Below are positions 56,294-64,000 of a stretch of 64,000 bases of DNA, one piece after another. Within the stretch, counting starts at the first letter, position 1, and each line of letters starts with the position of its first letter. This DNA is from a virus: the IMG/VR virus record IMGVR_UViG_3300018080_005419; one strand, written 5' to 3'. The notes under the pieces are model-generated. The model did not search any database and was not told the DNA's origin. It saw only the letters and a list, made by a program, of their open reading frames with translations. Position numbers and translations under genes: made by a program.

Positions 56294-56377
56294 ATTGTTT
56301 CTCCTTTATATTTAAGACAACTATATAGACAAATCTAAGTACAAAAATTTTAAACAATTTTATAAAATCACAAAAAT

Positions 56378-56677
56378 TTAATTCTCAATTGCTGTAATCT
56401 TATATTGTTTAAGAAGTTGTGGTAATTCTTTTTGAATTGCAGCCTTAAGTTCTCTTTTATAAAAATATATCTTAATTTTTCTGCAAATATACCTATAAAT
56501 TGTATAAAAAGAAAGAATTGGACCAGATAGAATAAAGAGATAAAATATAGGAATTCGCTCAATATTCTCAAACAATTTTGATTCTAAGTATTTGTAGCTT
56601 AAGATATTATATACAACACAGGTCAAATAGGCAATCATGATGAAATACATTGCTTCTCCTTCTACATATATAGACAA
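56378..56677 (-). CDS. Small two-TM membrane protein (paralogue of 56006)
   Basis: Similar layout (YLTC..I/V..N..RI..GP). Confidence 0.65.
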   Translation of the reverse strand: MSIYVEGEAMYFIMIAYLTCVVYNILSYKYLESKLFENIERIPIFYLFILSGPILSFYTIYRYICRKIKIYFYKRELKAAIQKELPQLLKQYKITAIEN

Positions 56678-56773
56678 ACCAAAACCTAAAAATTTCAGAA
56701 AAATCTAAGAGAATTATAAAAATTGGCAGAAATTGTAGTAGCTATTTGATCTGTCTGGCTATAATATTGTTAT

Positions 56774-57259
56774 TTGGAGAGATTCGAAATGGCCGACATT
56801 GTTAGAGCACCAGAACCATATAACCTAAACAGCAAACCAACTGTCTTTTTAGCAGGCACAATCGACATGGGAAAAGGAGAAAATTGGCAACCTAAAGCGG
56901 AAGAATGGCTCAGCGACCTAGACATTCTGATTCTGAATCCGCGTAGATTAGATTGGGATAGCTCGTGGAAGCAAAGTATTGACGATCCAAAATTCAGAGA
57001 ACAAGTAGAATGGGAACTAACAGCACAAGAAGAAGCAAGTGTCATCTTCATGTACTTTGCTCCAGGTTCTCAATCTCCAATAACTCTTCTTGAATATGGA
57101 TTGTTTGCAAAGACGGGTAAAGTAATTCTATGTTGTCCTGATGGGTATTTTAGGAAGGGTAATTTAGAAGTAACCGCTAATTTCTACGGTCTACCTCTTT
57201 ACGAAGATCTCATTGAAGGGTTAGATGCTGTTAGAAATACAATTGAAGGAAGAGCATAA
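56774..57259 (+). CDS. Nucleoside 2-deoxyribosyltransferase-like protein
   Basis: VFLAGTIDMG..WQ, ILNPRR..WD, QVEWEL, SPITLLEYGL. Confidence 0.85.
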   Translation: MERFEMADIVRAPEPYNLNSKPTVFLAGTIDMGKGENWQPKAEEWLSDLDILILNPRRLDWDSSWKQSIDDPKFREQVEWELTAQEEASVIFMYFAPGSQSPITLLEYGLFAKTGKVILCCPDGYFRKGNLEVTANFYGLPLYEDLIEGLDAVRNTIEGRA

Positions 57260-57727
57260 ATGAATTGGGAAGAATACTTTTTCTCGATGGCAGAATTAGC
57301 AGCAACTAAATCTAAAGATAGATCTACAAAAGTTGGATGTGTCATTGTTGGTCCAGATAATGAAGTTAGATCTATCGGCTTTAATGGGTTTCCTCGTGGC
57401 ATTAATGACGATATAGACGAGAGACATGAACGCCCGATGAAGTACTCTCTCACAGAACATGCCGAACGCAATGCAGTATATAATAGTTGCAGAATGGGTG
57501 TTCCTTTGAAGGGTTGTAGATTATATGCAAATTGGCTATTGTGTGTTGAATGTGCTAGGGCAATTATTCAAGTCGGAATTGTTGAGATTATATATGACGC
57601 CAGAGATGAAGAAGCTAAAAGAAAAAAATGGGATGTGAGATGGAAAGAGAACTTCGAACTGGCGCAATCAATGTTGGAAGAGGCAGGAGTTAAAATCACA
57701 TTTTACAGAGGAGAAGAAAGAAAATGA
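57260..57727 (+). CDS. dCMP deaminase
   Basis: WEEYF, SKDRSTKVGCVIV, GFNGFPRG, HAERNA, CVEC. Confidence 0.9.
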   Translation: MNWEEYFFSMAELAATKSKDRSTKVGCVIVGPDNEVRSIGFNGFPRGINDDIDERHERPMKYSLTEHAERNAVYNSCRMGVPLKGCRLYANWLLCVECARAIIQVGIVEIIYDARDEEAKRKKWDVRWKENFELAQSMLEEAGVKITFYRGEERK

Positions 57728-58299
57728 GCGAAAAGAAATCTCTAAGCACAGGATGTATTGTTGCAATTGGTGTCGCCATTGTTGGACTTATATTTGTTAT
57801 CTCAATTGGTGGTTATTTTGTTAGCACTATGAATACAGAAGTTGGATTAAGAAATACAATAACCGCAAAAGTTCAAGATAACGAGAGTGAATTTGACAAT
57901 ATGTTTAAGAAAATTAGTCAAGTTGCTCAGGTATCCGAAAAACAAATGGACTCTCTTAAGGACATATTTAACTCTCATGCTACCAGTAGAGCAGGAGAAG
58001 GAGGACAAGGTGGTGTAATGATGAATTGGATTAAAGAAAGTATTCCCAATGTAGACACCAAGGTGTTCGCTAATCTCCAAAACATTATTACAGGCTCCAG
58101 AGATAGATGGACAATGCGCCAAAAAGAATTGGTTGATCTGAAAAGAGAGCATGACAATCTATTAGATAAATTCCCAAGTAGTATGGTATGTTCTATTCTC
58201 GGCAAAGAAAAGATCGAAATCACTATTGTATCATCTAGCAGAGCCAAGAAGGCTATGCAGACTGGTATTGATGATGATATTAATGTTTTCAAAGAATAA
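57724..58299 (+). CDS. Membrane-anchored coiled-coil (LemA-like) protein
   Basis: N-terminal TM helix; helical body ending ..LDKFPS.. Confidence 0.55.
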   Translation: MSEKKSLSTGCIVAIGVAIVGLIFVISIGGYFVSTMNTEVGLRNTITAKVQDNESEFDNMFKKISQVAQVSEKQMDSLKDIFNSHATSRAGEGGQGGVMMNWIKESIPNVDTKVFANLQNIITGSRDRWTMRQKELVDLKREHDNLLDKFPSSMVCSILGKEKIEITIVSSSRAKKAMQTGIDDDINVFKE

Positions 58300-58383
58300 T
58301 TTAAAATTATTCTAAAATTTTCTATGTTGATTTTGTCTATATAGGCAGAATGTGGTTTAAAAGTCTATATAGGAGAATACAAA

Positions 58384-59532
58384 ATGTGGATTTTCTATCT
58401 AATCGCTACTCTAATGTCTATTGCAACTTGTGTATTATGGATAAATTATAAAAGGATTTGTTGGTGGGAGGGTTTAATCTCTATAGGAGCGGCTTTCCTA
58501 ACTGCCGGTATTATCCATGTTGTTATTATAAGAGGATTAACGGGCGATGTAGAAACGTGGTCTGGTCAAATAACTAAAGTAATTCATTATCCAAAATGGA
58601 TCGAAGAATATCAGGAAGCGGTCTACAAAACTGTTACTCGTACTTCTGGATATGGTAAAAATCAAAAAACTTATACAGAAAGTGTATTTAGCCATTACGA
58701 AACAAAATATCGAACACATCATGAACATTGGGTAGAAAGTAATTATTTTGGAAGAGAGACGGTTACTAAAAGGATTCCAGAATCCAGATTCAAAGAAATA
58801 GCTCATAATTTTGGTGGCAAGATAATTACAACACAACCACATAAATCAGGATTTTATGAAGGTGATCCAAACATTTATACGATACAGAATGAAACTGGTT
58901 ATATTTATCCGTCTGTAATTACAAAGACATGGACAAATAGGGTAAAAGCTGCTCCTAGCGTCTTTTCTTTTCCTAAAATACCTAAAGGAATACAGGTACT
59001 CGATTATCCTACGCTTAAACATTTTCATCGCTCAAATCGTCTTATAGGGCTTGCAAAAAAGCATATCAGCATTTTAGAGTGGGATCGAATGTGTTCTCGT
59101 CTTGGTCCTATGAAAAAAGTTAATGTGATTCTGATTGGATACATACAAGGCGATGCACAAATAGCACATTATCAGGAAGCAAAATGGATAGGAGGAAAGA
59201 AGAACGATTTGGTGTTGTGTTACGGTGGAGATGAAACTGGCAAGAAAGCAAGTTGGTCTTATGTATTTGGATGGACAGAAGAAGAAATTGTTAAAAGAAA
59301 TCTCGAAACTGTTTTGTTAGAATGTTCAATTGATAATAATATTCTTCCCAAAATAGAAGAAGAAATTGCTAAAAACTATAAGATCAAAGAATGGAAGAAA
59401 TTTGATTATATTAGCGTAGAGCCTCCATTTTGGTCTTATCTCGTTATGCTTTTCGTGACAATCATTTTACAGGGCGGTTTTTTGACATGGGCATTTCTCA
59501 ATAAACACAGAGGACAAGGAATTAAAGAGTAG
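58384..59532 (+). CDS. Membrane protein with large extracytoplasmic domain
   Basis: Two N-terminal and one C-terminal TM helices. Confidence 0.75.
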   Translation: MWIFYLIATLMSIATCVLWINYKRICWWEGLISIGAAFLTAGIIHVVIIRGLTGDVETWSGQITKVIHYPKWIEEYQEAVYKTVTRTSGYGKNQKTYTESVFSHYETKYRTHHEHWVESNYFGRETVTKRIPESRFKEIAHNFGGKIITTQPHKSGFYEGDPNIYTIQNETGYIYPSVITKTWTNRVKAAPSVFSFPKIPKGIQVLDYPTLKHFHRSNRLIGLAKKHISILEWDRMCSRLGPMKKVNVILIGYIQGDAQIAHYQEAKWIGGKKNDLVLCYGGDETGKKASWSYVFGWTEEEIVKRNLETVLLECSIDNNILPKIEEEIAKNYKIKEWKKFDYISVEPPFWSYLVMLFVTIILQGGFLTWAFLNKHRGQGIKE

Positions 59533-59542
59533 GAGAAAAAGA

Positions 59543-60391
59543 ATGAAAATGCAATTTGTTGGAGTTGGATCTGCCTTTACTACTCAGGAATATTATCAGT
59601 CAAATGTTTTAGTTATTGCAGAAAGTGGAAAAAAGTTGCTGATTGATTGTGGTAGCGATGCTAGATTTGCCCTACAAGAATTAAATATTAAGCCTGACGA
59701 TTTAGATGGTGCTTATGTTAGTCATTTGCATGCTGATCATGTTGGAGGCTTAGAATGGTTGGCTTTTTGTACGTATTTTAATCCCAACGCAGAACGACCA
59801 AAACTATATTGCAATTCTGAATTAATGCCTCAGTTGTGGGAACAGGCATTAAGAGGAGGTTTAGAGTCAATACAAGGCAAAGTGGTGACTCTAACTGAAT
59901 ATTTTGAGTGTGTCCCAATTCCTCAAAATGAATCTTTTTATTGGGAAAATATTGAATTTACTCCTGTTCAAACGGTTCATGTTATGGCAGGCTACTACAT
60001 CAAATATTCTTATGGGCTTTTGATTCAAGAAGAGTCTACAGAATCAATAGCATACGATGAACCATATGATGCACTAGGAAATGGATGTATCAATTCTTAT
60101 AGGAGAGTAGAAAGAAAGGTCGAAAAACCCGTTGTATTTTTCACAACAGATACGCAATTTTGTCCTAATCAAATTAAGGATTTTTATAATAGGGCGGATA
60201 TTATTTTTCATGATTGCGAAACGTTTCCTTTTAAGAGTGGAGTTCATGCCCACTATGAAGATTTAAAAACATTAGATAAAGAGACAAAAGAAAAGATGTG
60301 GCTCTACCATTATCAGCCAAATCCATCACAAGATGCAAAAGAGGATGGATTTGCTGGATTTGTTCAGAAGGGTCAAGTGTTTGAAATTTGA
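59543..60391 (+). CDS. MBL-fold metallo-hydrolase, Apyc1-like cyclic nucleotide phosphodiesterase
   Basis: GVGSAF, LLIDCG, SHLHADHVGGLE, LWEQALRGGL, TTDTQF, FHDC, GVHA, LYHY in the same order as in Apyc1/RNase Z-like enzymes. Confidence 0.8.
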   Translation: MKMQFVGVGSAFTTQEYYQSNVLVIAESGKKLLIDCGSDARFALQELNIKPDDLDGAYVSHLHADHVGGLEWLAFCTYFNPNAERPKLYCNSELMPQLWEQALRGGLESIQGKVVTLTEYFECVPIPQNESFYWENIEFTPVQTVHVMAGYYIKYSYGLLIQEESTESIAYDEPYDALGNGCINSYRRVERKVEKPVVFFTTDTQFCPNQIKDFYNRADIIFHDCETFPFKSGVHAHYEDLKTLDKETKEKMWLYHYQPNPSQDAKEDGFAGFVQKGQVFEI

Positions 60392-60430
60392 TTGGTTGAT
60401 AAAGACTATTGACGAAAATTTGGAGGTAAA

Positions 60431-60892
60431 ATGGAATATTATATAGTTTCGAGCTTTGATCCGGAATGCTATAATCCAACTATTTTAAAAGGCCAAAAGG
60501 TAGAAAATTGGGAAGAATATTGCAATTCTCTCATGCCAGAAGCAATCAAACTAGCAATTAAGAAATATAGCAAAGGGAACAAAGATTTTGATGGAGCAAT
60601 AAACCATCTTTCTTTGAGAATAACAGAAGAAAGAATGTCAGAAGCTATGATAGAAGTATTGAAAAAGAAGGGATATGAATTAGTTAAATTTCAAGAAAAA
60701 TCGTTTGGCTGGAGGGGGGATTTTTTCGATATTAATGAAATTGAATTGCACAATCTCAGGGCAGAACTCGAAAACAACGAATCATATATAGAAAGAAAAA
60801 ATGATTATGAGCTTAAGAAAGATACAATCGATTATCTTCAAGAGAAAAATGCCAAAATTAAAACTAAAATAAAAGAACTAGAAGAAAATTAA
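60431..60892 (+). CDS. Hypothetical protein
   Basis: GGAGG RBS. Confidence 0.75.
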   Translation: MEYYIVSSFDPECYNPTILKGQKVENWEEYCNSLMPEAIKLAIKKYSKGNKDFDGAINHLSLRITEERMSEAMIEVLKKKGYELVKFQEKSFGWRGDFFDINEIELHNLRAELENNESYIERKNDYELKKDTIDYLQEKNAKIKTKIKELEEN

Positions 60893-61215
60893 AATTTCTT
60901 TGATTCTTCTCTAAATGCCCTACTATCTTTAAGCCAGCCTTGAATTGCTTGGTGATAATCCTTCATGCTAGATTCTTGTAACTTAACAATATCATCCGGC
61001 ACACCCACTTCTAATGTTTCAAATTCATCGCCTTTTTGGATAGCTACAGTACTTCCTGGTTTGATTCTTACTTTTATTTTTTTGCCACTCTCCATTGTGA
61101 CATTATAGAGATAGCCTTCTTCTGTATCGCTTGAATGGCTTACACTTTTAACTAAGTTTTCTGCAATAAGCATTTGAGCGATGACAATTTTTCTACGCAT
61201 GATGTTATTCTCCAA
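60889..61215 (-). CDS. Hypothetical protein
   Basis: ORF in minus-strand operon; N-terminal RRKIVIA. Confidence 0.7.
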   Translation of the reverse strand: MENNIMRRKIVIAQMLIAENLVKSVSHSSDTEEGYLYNVTMESGKKIKVRIKPGSTVAIQKGDEFETLEVGVPDDIVKLQESSMKDYHQAIQGWLKDSRAFREESKKF

Positions 61216-61218
61216 ATT

Positions 61219-61404
61219 TTATTCTGGTGGATTTTGCCAACGTGGTTCCAAAATGCCTCCGCCAATATCAACTACTGTTAGAATTTGTCCTTCATTACCA
61301 GGATGAAGGCGAATCCAATCTTTACCGTCATAATAAAGAAGGTCGCCAATTAAACCTGCATCTGGTCCATCATAATCGCCAACTTCGGTTTTTTCGGAAG
61401 CCAT
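61219..61404 (-). CDS. Small protein resembling a tail-fibre-type beta repeat
   Basis: GDLLYYDGKDWIRLHPGNEGQILTV..PRWQ. Confidence 0.6.
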   Translation of the reverse strand: MASEKTEVGDYDGPDAGLIGDLLYYDGKDWIRLHPGNEGQILTVVDIGGGILEPRWQNPPE

Positions 61405-61580
61405 TAGTTAGCTCCTCTATCGCTTTTTAAAGACTTGTTAGCTCCTCTTGTGCGATCTACCATATGTTCAAAGCCTTGGCTAATAATAGCAATTTTAACA
61501 GGTTTTCCTAAAGTATCACACAAATATTGAATAGCATCCTCTTCAGATTCAAAAATTAGAGAGTCTTCTGTTTCTTGCAT
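61404..61580 (-). CDS. 58-aa tagged peptide
   Basis: Not in the track: MQETEDSLIFESEEDAIQYLCDTLGKPVKIAIISQGFEHMVDRTRGANKSLKSDRGAN; AAGGAG upstream. Confidence 0.75.
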   Translation of the reverse strand: MQETEDSLIFESEEDAIQYLCDTLGKPVKIAIISQGFEHMVDRTRGANKSLKSDRGAN

Positions 61581-61737
61581 TTTCTATTTAACTCCTTGTA
61601 AGTACAATAGTTTATAGTTTTTAACGTATTATTTTCGACAATACATATTATAATAATTTCGCTTCTTATAATAAGGTCAACATATTAAATAAAATTCAAT
61701 AATTTTTCCTAAGAATATAGAGAGGAGTTTCAAAATC

Positions 61738-62709
61738 ATGCTACAATTTAAAACAGCCAATCAAGCGCTTCAAACACTTGCCGATCTAAAACAGTGTCGC
61801 ATCAAAATTGCAGACATTGATATTCCAAAAAGAAAGTTGGGGAATACAGGATTGGAGGTGGGCATATTTTCTTTAGGTGGACAAGGAGCATTAGAGCATC
61901 AAAGAGACAAAGAAGAAATGGCAGAGATTATCACCAGAGCATATGAGCTTGGGGTAAATTATTTCGACACTTCTCCAATTTATGGTCCTTCTGAAGATTA
62001 TTATGGACATGCAATTCCCAGCTTTAGAAATGATATTATTTTAGCAACAAAGAGCGATAAAAGAGATGGGGATGGAGCTTTAAAAGACATAGAAAAATCC
62101 TTAGAAAGACTGAAAACGGATTGGATAGATGTATGGCAAATTCATCATGTAGATAATATGGAAGAAGTAGAACAAATATTTGGACCTGGAGGGGCATTAG
62201 AGGCCTTTAAACAAATGAAGGATGAAGGTGTTGTTAAAAATATAGGAATTACTGGGCATGAAGATCCTGAAGTATTAGTGGAAATGCTTAACAGATTCCC
62301 ATTCGATACCGTTCTTTGTGTAGCCAATGCTGCTGATGTAAATGTAGATCCTTCTTTTGAATCAACGCTATATCCTGTGGCAAATGAAATGAATGTTGGA
62401 ATTATAGGGATGAAGGTATTTGCTCAGGGTTACATTTTTCATCCAGATGGTATTAAAACAACATGGGAGCCACTTTATTATGCAATGTCGCAACCAATTT
62501 CTACTGTTATTGTTGGATGCGATAGTGTGGCCCAATTAGAAGAGAATGTTGCACTAGCTAAGGGTTTCTATAAATTAAGCCCTGAACAATTAGAAGAAAT
62601 TCAAAATCAAACTAAATCATATACAAAGAGAGGAGCTTTTTTTAGGAGTGAGTTCGGAGGGTATAGTTCTCAGGAAAAGCTCAAAAAATTAGTTGTTTTT
62701 GAAAAATAA
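61738..62709 (+). CDS. Aldo/keto reductase with N-terminal tag
   Basis: RKLGNTG, GVNYFDTSPIYG, ILATK, IEKSLERLKTDWID..QIH, IGITGH, GMKVF; preceded by MLQFKTANQALQTLADLKQCRIKIA. Confidence 0.92.
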   Translation: MLQFKTANQALQTLADLKQCRIKIADIDIPKRKLGNTGLEVGIFSLGGQGALEHQRDKEEMAEIITRAYELGVNYFDTSPIYGPSEDYYGHAIPSFRNDIILATKSDKRDGDGALKDIEKSLERLKTDWIDVWQIHHVDNMEEVEQIFGPGGALEAFKQMKDEGVVKNIGITGHEDPEVLVEMLNRFPFDTVLCVANAADVNVDPSFESTLYPVANEMNVGIIGMKVFAQGYIFHPDGIKTTWEPLYYAMSQPISTVIVGCDSVAQLEENVALAKGFYKLSPEQLEEIQNQTKSYTKRGAFFRSEFGGYSSQEKLKKLVVFEK

Positions 62710-62710
62710 A

Positions 62711-63175
62711 TTAAAACTCTAAAATATTCTCATTCAAACAATTCAACATATCATTTAATTTTATTTTCAGTTCTTTAATAGAATTCGCAATTGGTATATT
62801 TGCATCCTTTTTTATTTCTTTAATCTCTCCATTTTCGTCTTGCTCTACATCGTGAATTTCATACCAAGTTTCCTCAAATTCTCCCGCTTTATATTTTATC
62901 TTTACTACCCTGTTATTCTTATATTCTTGACTAATTTTATCGCGTCTTGTTTCGTAATCTAAAACAGGTTTTTCTAAGCATCTAAGCATTCTTTTTATTT
63001 CTTCTTTTAACTCTGATAAAGTAGTCCCAGCAGGAGAGATGGCGTTTTCTGTCATACCTTCTACTTCATCATTTTCATAATAAACCTCATGAATTTCATA
63101 CCATACATCGTCTGTTGTTTTGGCTTGTCTTTTAACTACCCTATGATTCCAATATTGCCCTTTCTCTTTTTCCAT
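62711..63175 (-). CDS. Hypothetical protein with internal duplication
   Basis: Two copies of NxRVVK...WYEIHxV...E..G...P.A..ELK. Confidence 0.75.
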   Translation of the reverse strand: MEKEKGQYWNHRVVKRQAKTTDDVWYEIHEVYYENDEVEGMTENAISPAGTTLSELKEEIKRMLRCLEKPVLDYETRRDKISQEYKNNRVVKIKYKAGEFEETWYEIHDVEQDENGEIKEIKKDANIPIANSIKELKIKLNDMLNCLNENILEF

Positions 63176-63186
63176 ATCAATACATC

Positions 63187-63966
63187 CTATGCTAAATGTG
63201 CATTATAAAGGGTAGATACAGCCTCTTTAATTTCACTTTCTTCCCAGGAAATATTTACCTTAATAGATGGGTTGTTTTTCTGTTTTTTCACCCAAGCAAC
63301 AATAGAATATTCTCCAGCCTTTCTTTTGACTCTTTTAATCATTAGGAGGGTTCTATCGCCATTTTTTACCAAACCAAAGAAATCCCTTGGATGTTGGAAA
63401 ATATGATCACTTGGAATAGAAGATGAACAAATCTCCAACATCTTTTTCATTTCTGTTTTATTTCTTTTAACACTTGATGTTTTCTTTTCTATATATTTGG
63501 CATATTTGGTTGCAAGAAATTTATCTACAATAGCGGAAATATCGCTATCATTTTTGATGTCTTTTACTTTGACTGTAGTAGTAATCTCTGGTTTACCGTC
63601 GCGTTCACCTCCAGGATGAAATGATATCTCTCCCTTTGAACGATCCTGTGTTATAAAAACGAGAACTAATCTGCCATCTTTAAAGGTTGTATATCTACCA
63701 GAGGGATGAGCATGGACTTCCTTACATTCTTCTATTTTGTTTTTAAACTGATCAATTATTTTGGCTAGGATATCTTTGCATTTTTCCCAGCGCTTATCTC
63801 TACGATCCATATAATTATTTATATTTTCAGACACGAATTTTGTTACAACTTCTTTCATTTCTGCTTCTTCTGTTCCTACAAATACATTTATCTTTGGACT
63901 TGTTTTTCTGTCTCTTTCTCCTCCCATATGAACAATAATTTTCCTAAGCTTCTTTTCAATATACAT
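63187..63966 (-). CDS. Hypothetical protein with internal repeats
   Basis: GGERD motif occurs twice. Confidence 0.7.
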   Translation of the reverse strand: MYIEKKLRKIIVHMGGERDRKTSPKINVFVGTEEAEMKEVVTKFVSENINNYMDRRDKRWEKCKDILAKIIDQFKNKIEECKEVHAHPSGRYTTFKDGRLVLVFITQDRSKGEISFHPGGERDGKPEITTTVKVKDIKNDSDISAIVDKFLATKYAKYIEKKTSSVKRNKTEMKKMLEICSSSIPSDHIFQHPRDFFGLVKNGDRTLLMIKRVKRKAGEYSIVAWVKKQKNNPSIKVNISWEESEIKEAVSTLYNAHLA

Positions 63967-64000
63967 TACAACAGATTTCCCACTTTTAACAGTAGCATAT

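Noticed and set aside
556-61812. The repeated tag as a DNA-level MITE or dispersed repeat
   Set aside because: Copies differ at synonymous positions, stay in frame and lack terminal repeats or target duplications.
1-64000. Genome-wide TAG reassignment (code 15) implied by the CUA tRNA
   Set aside because: Long genes on both strands have no in-frame TAG; TAG-ending genes are followed directly by an RBS or next start (e.g. 13263, 21889, 59532); 23807 ends in tandem TAG TAG.

Overview
This AT-rich window (about 30-33% GC by eye) looks like part of a jumbo/huge bacteriophage genome. It has dense runs of small plus-strand genes, nucleotide and cofactor genes (thyX, dCMP deaminase, two nucleoside-deoxyribosyltransferase-like genes, a coaD-HD fusion), and scattered minus-strand genes that look late/virion-associated. 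Five things stand out. (1) A compact type V CRISPR-Cas system: a 1052-aa RuvC Cas12-like effector behind a perfect sigma70 promoter, a 17-repeat/16-spacer array, and no cas1/cas2/cas4 or visible tracrRNA in the window. One spacer translates to an HsdR-like motif, and the terminal repeat carries compensatory stem changes. (2) An amber-suppressor tRNA(CUA) sits directly upstream of a PTH2-like peptidyl-tRNA hydrolase gene that starts ATG-ACC-TAG, followed by a second ATG-CGT-TAG minigene whose read-through gives an RGPP motif, although TAG otherwise behaves as a stop. (3) A 25-aa peptide tag (LxFxSxxxAIQYLADLTGKRIxIA) occurs 15 times in 13 mostly unrelated proteins, with two companion motifs and a shared upstream DNA motif. 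(4) A complete IS200/IS605 element (tnpA+tnpB, IS608-type ends) splits a small HTH gene, and a 49-bp end-fusion mini-element lies elsewhere. (5) There are counter-defence candidates (Apyc1-like MBL hydrolase, 2H phosphoesterase, NADAR) and a duplicated two-gene ParB/Srx-fold module. All family calls come from motif recognition by eye; no database searches were run.
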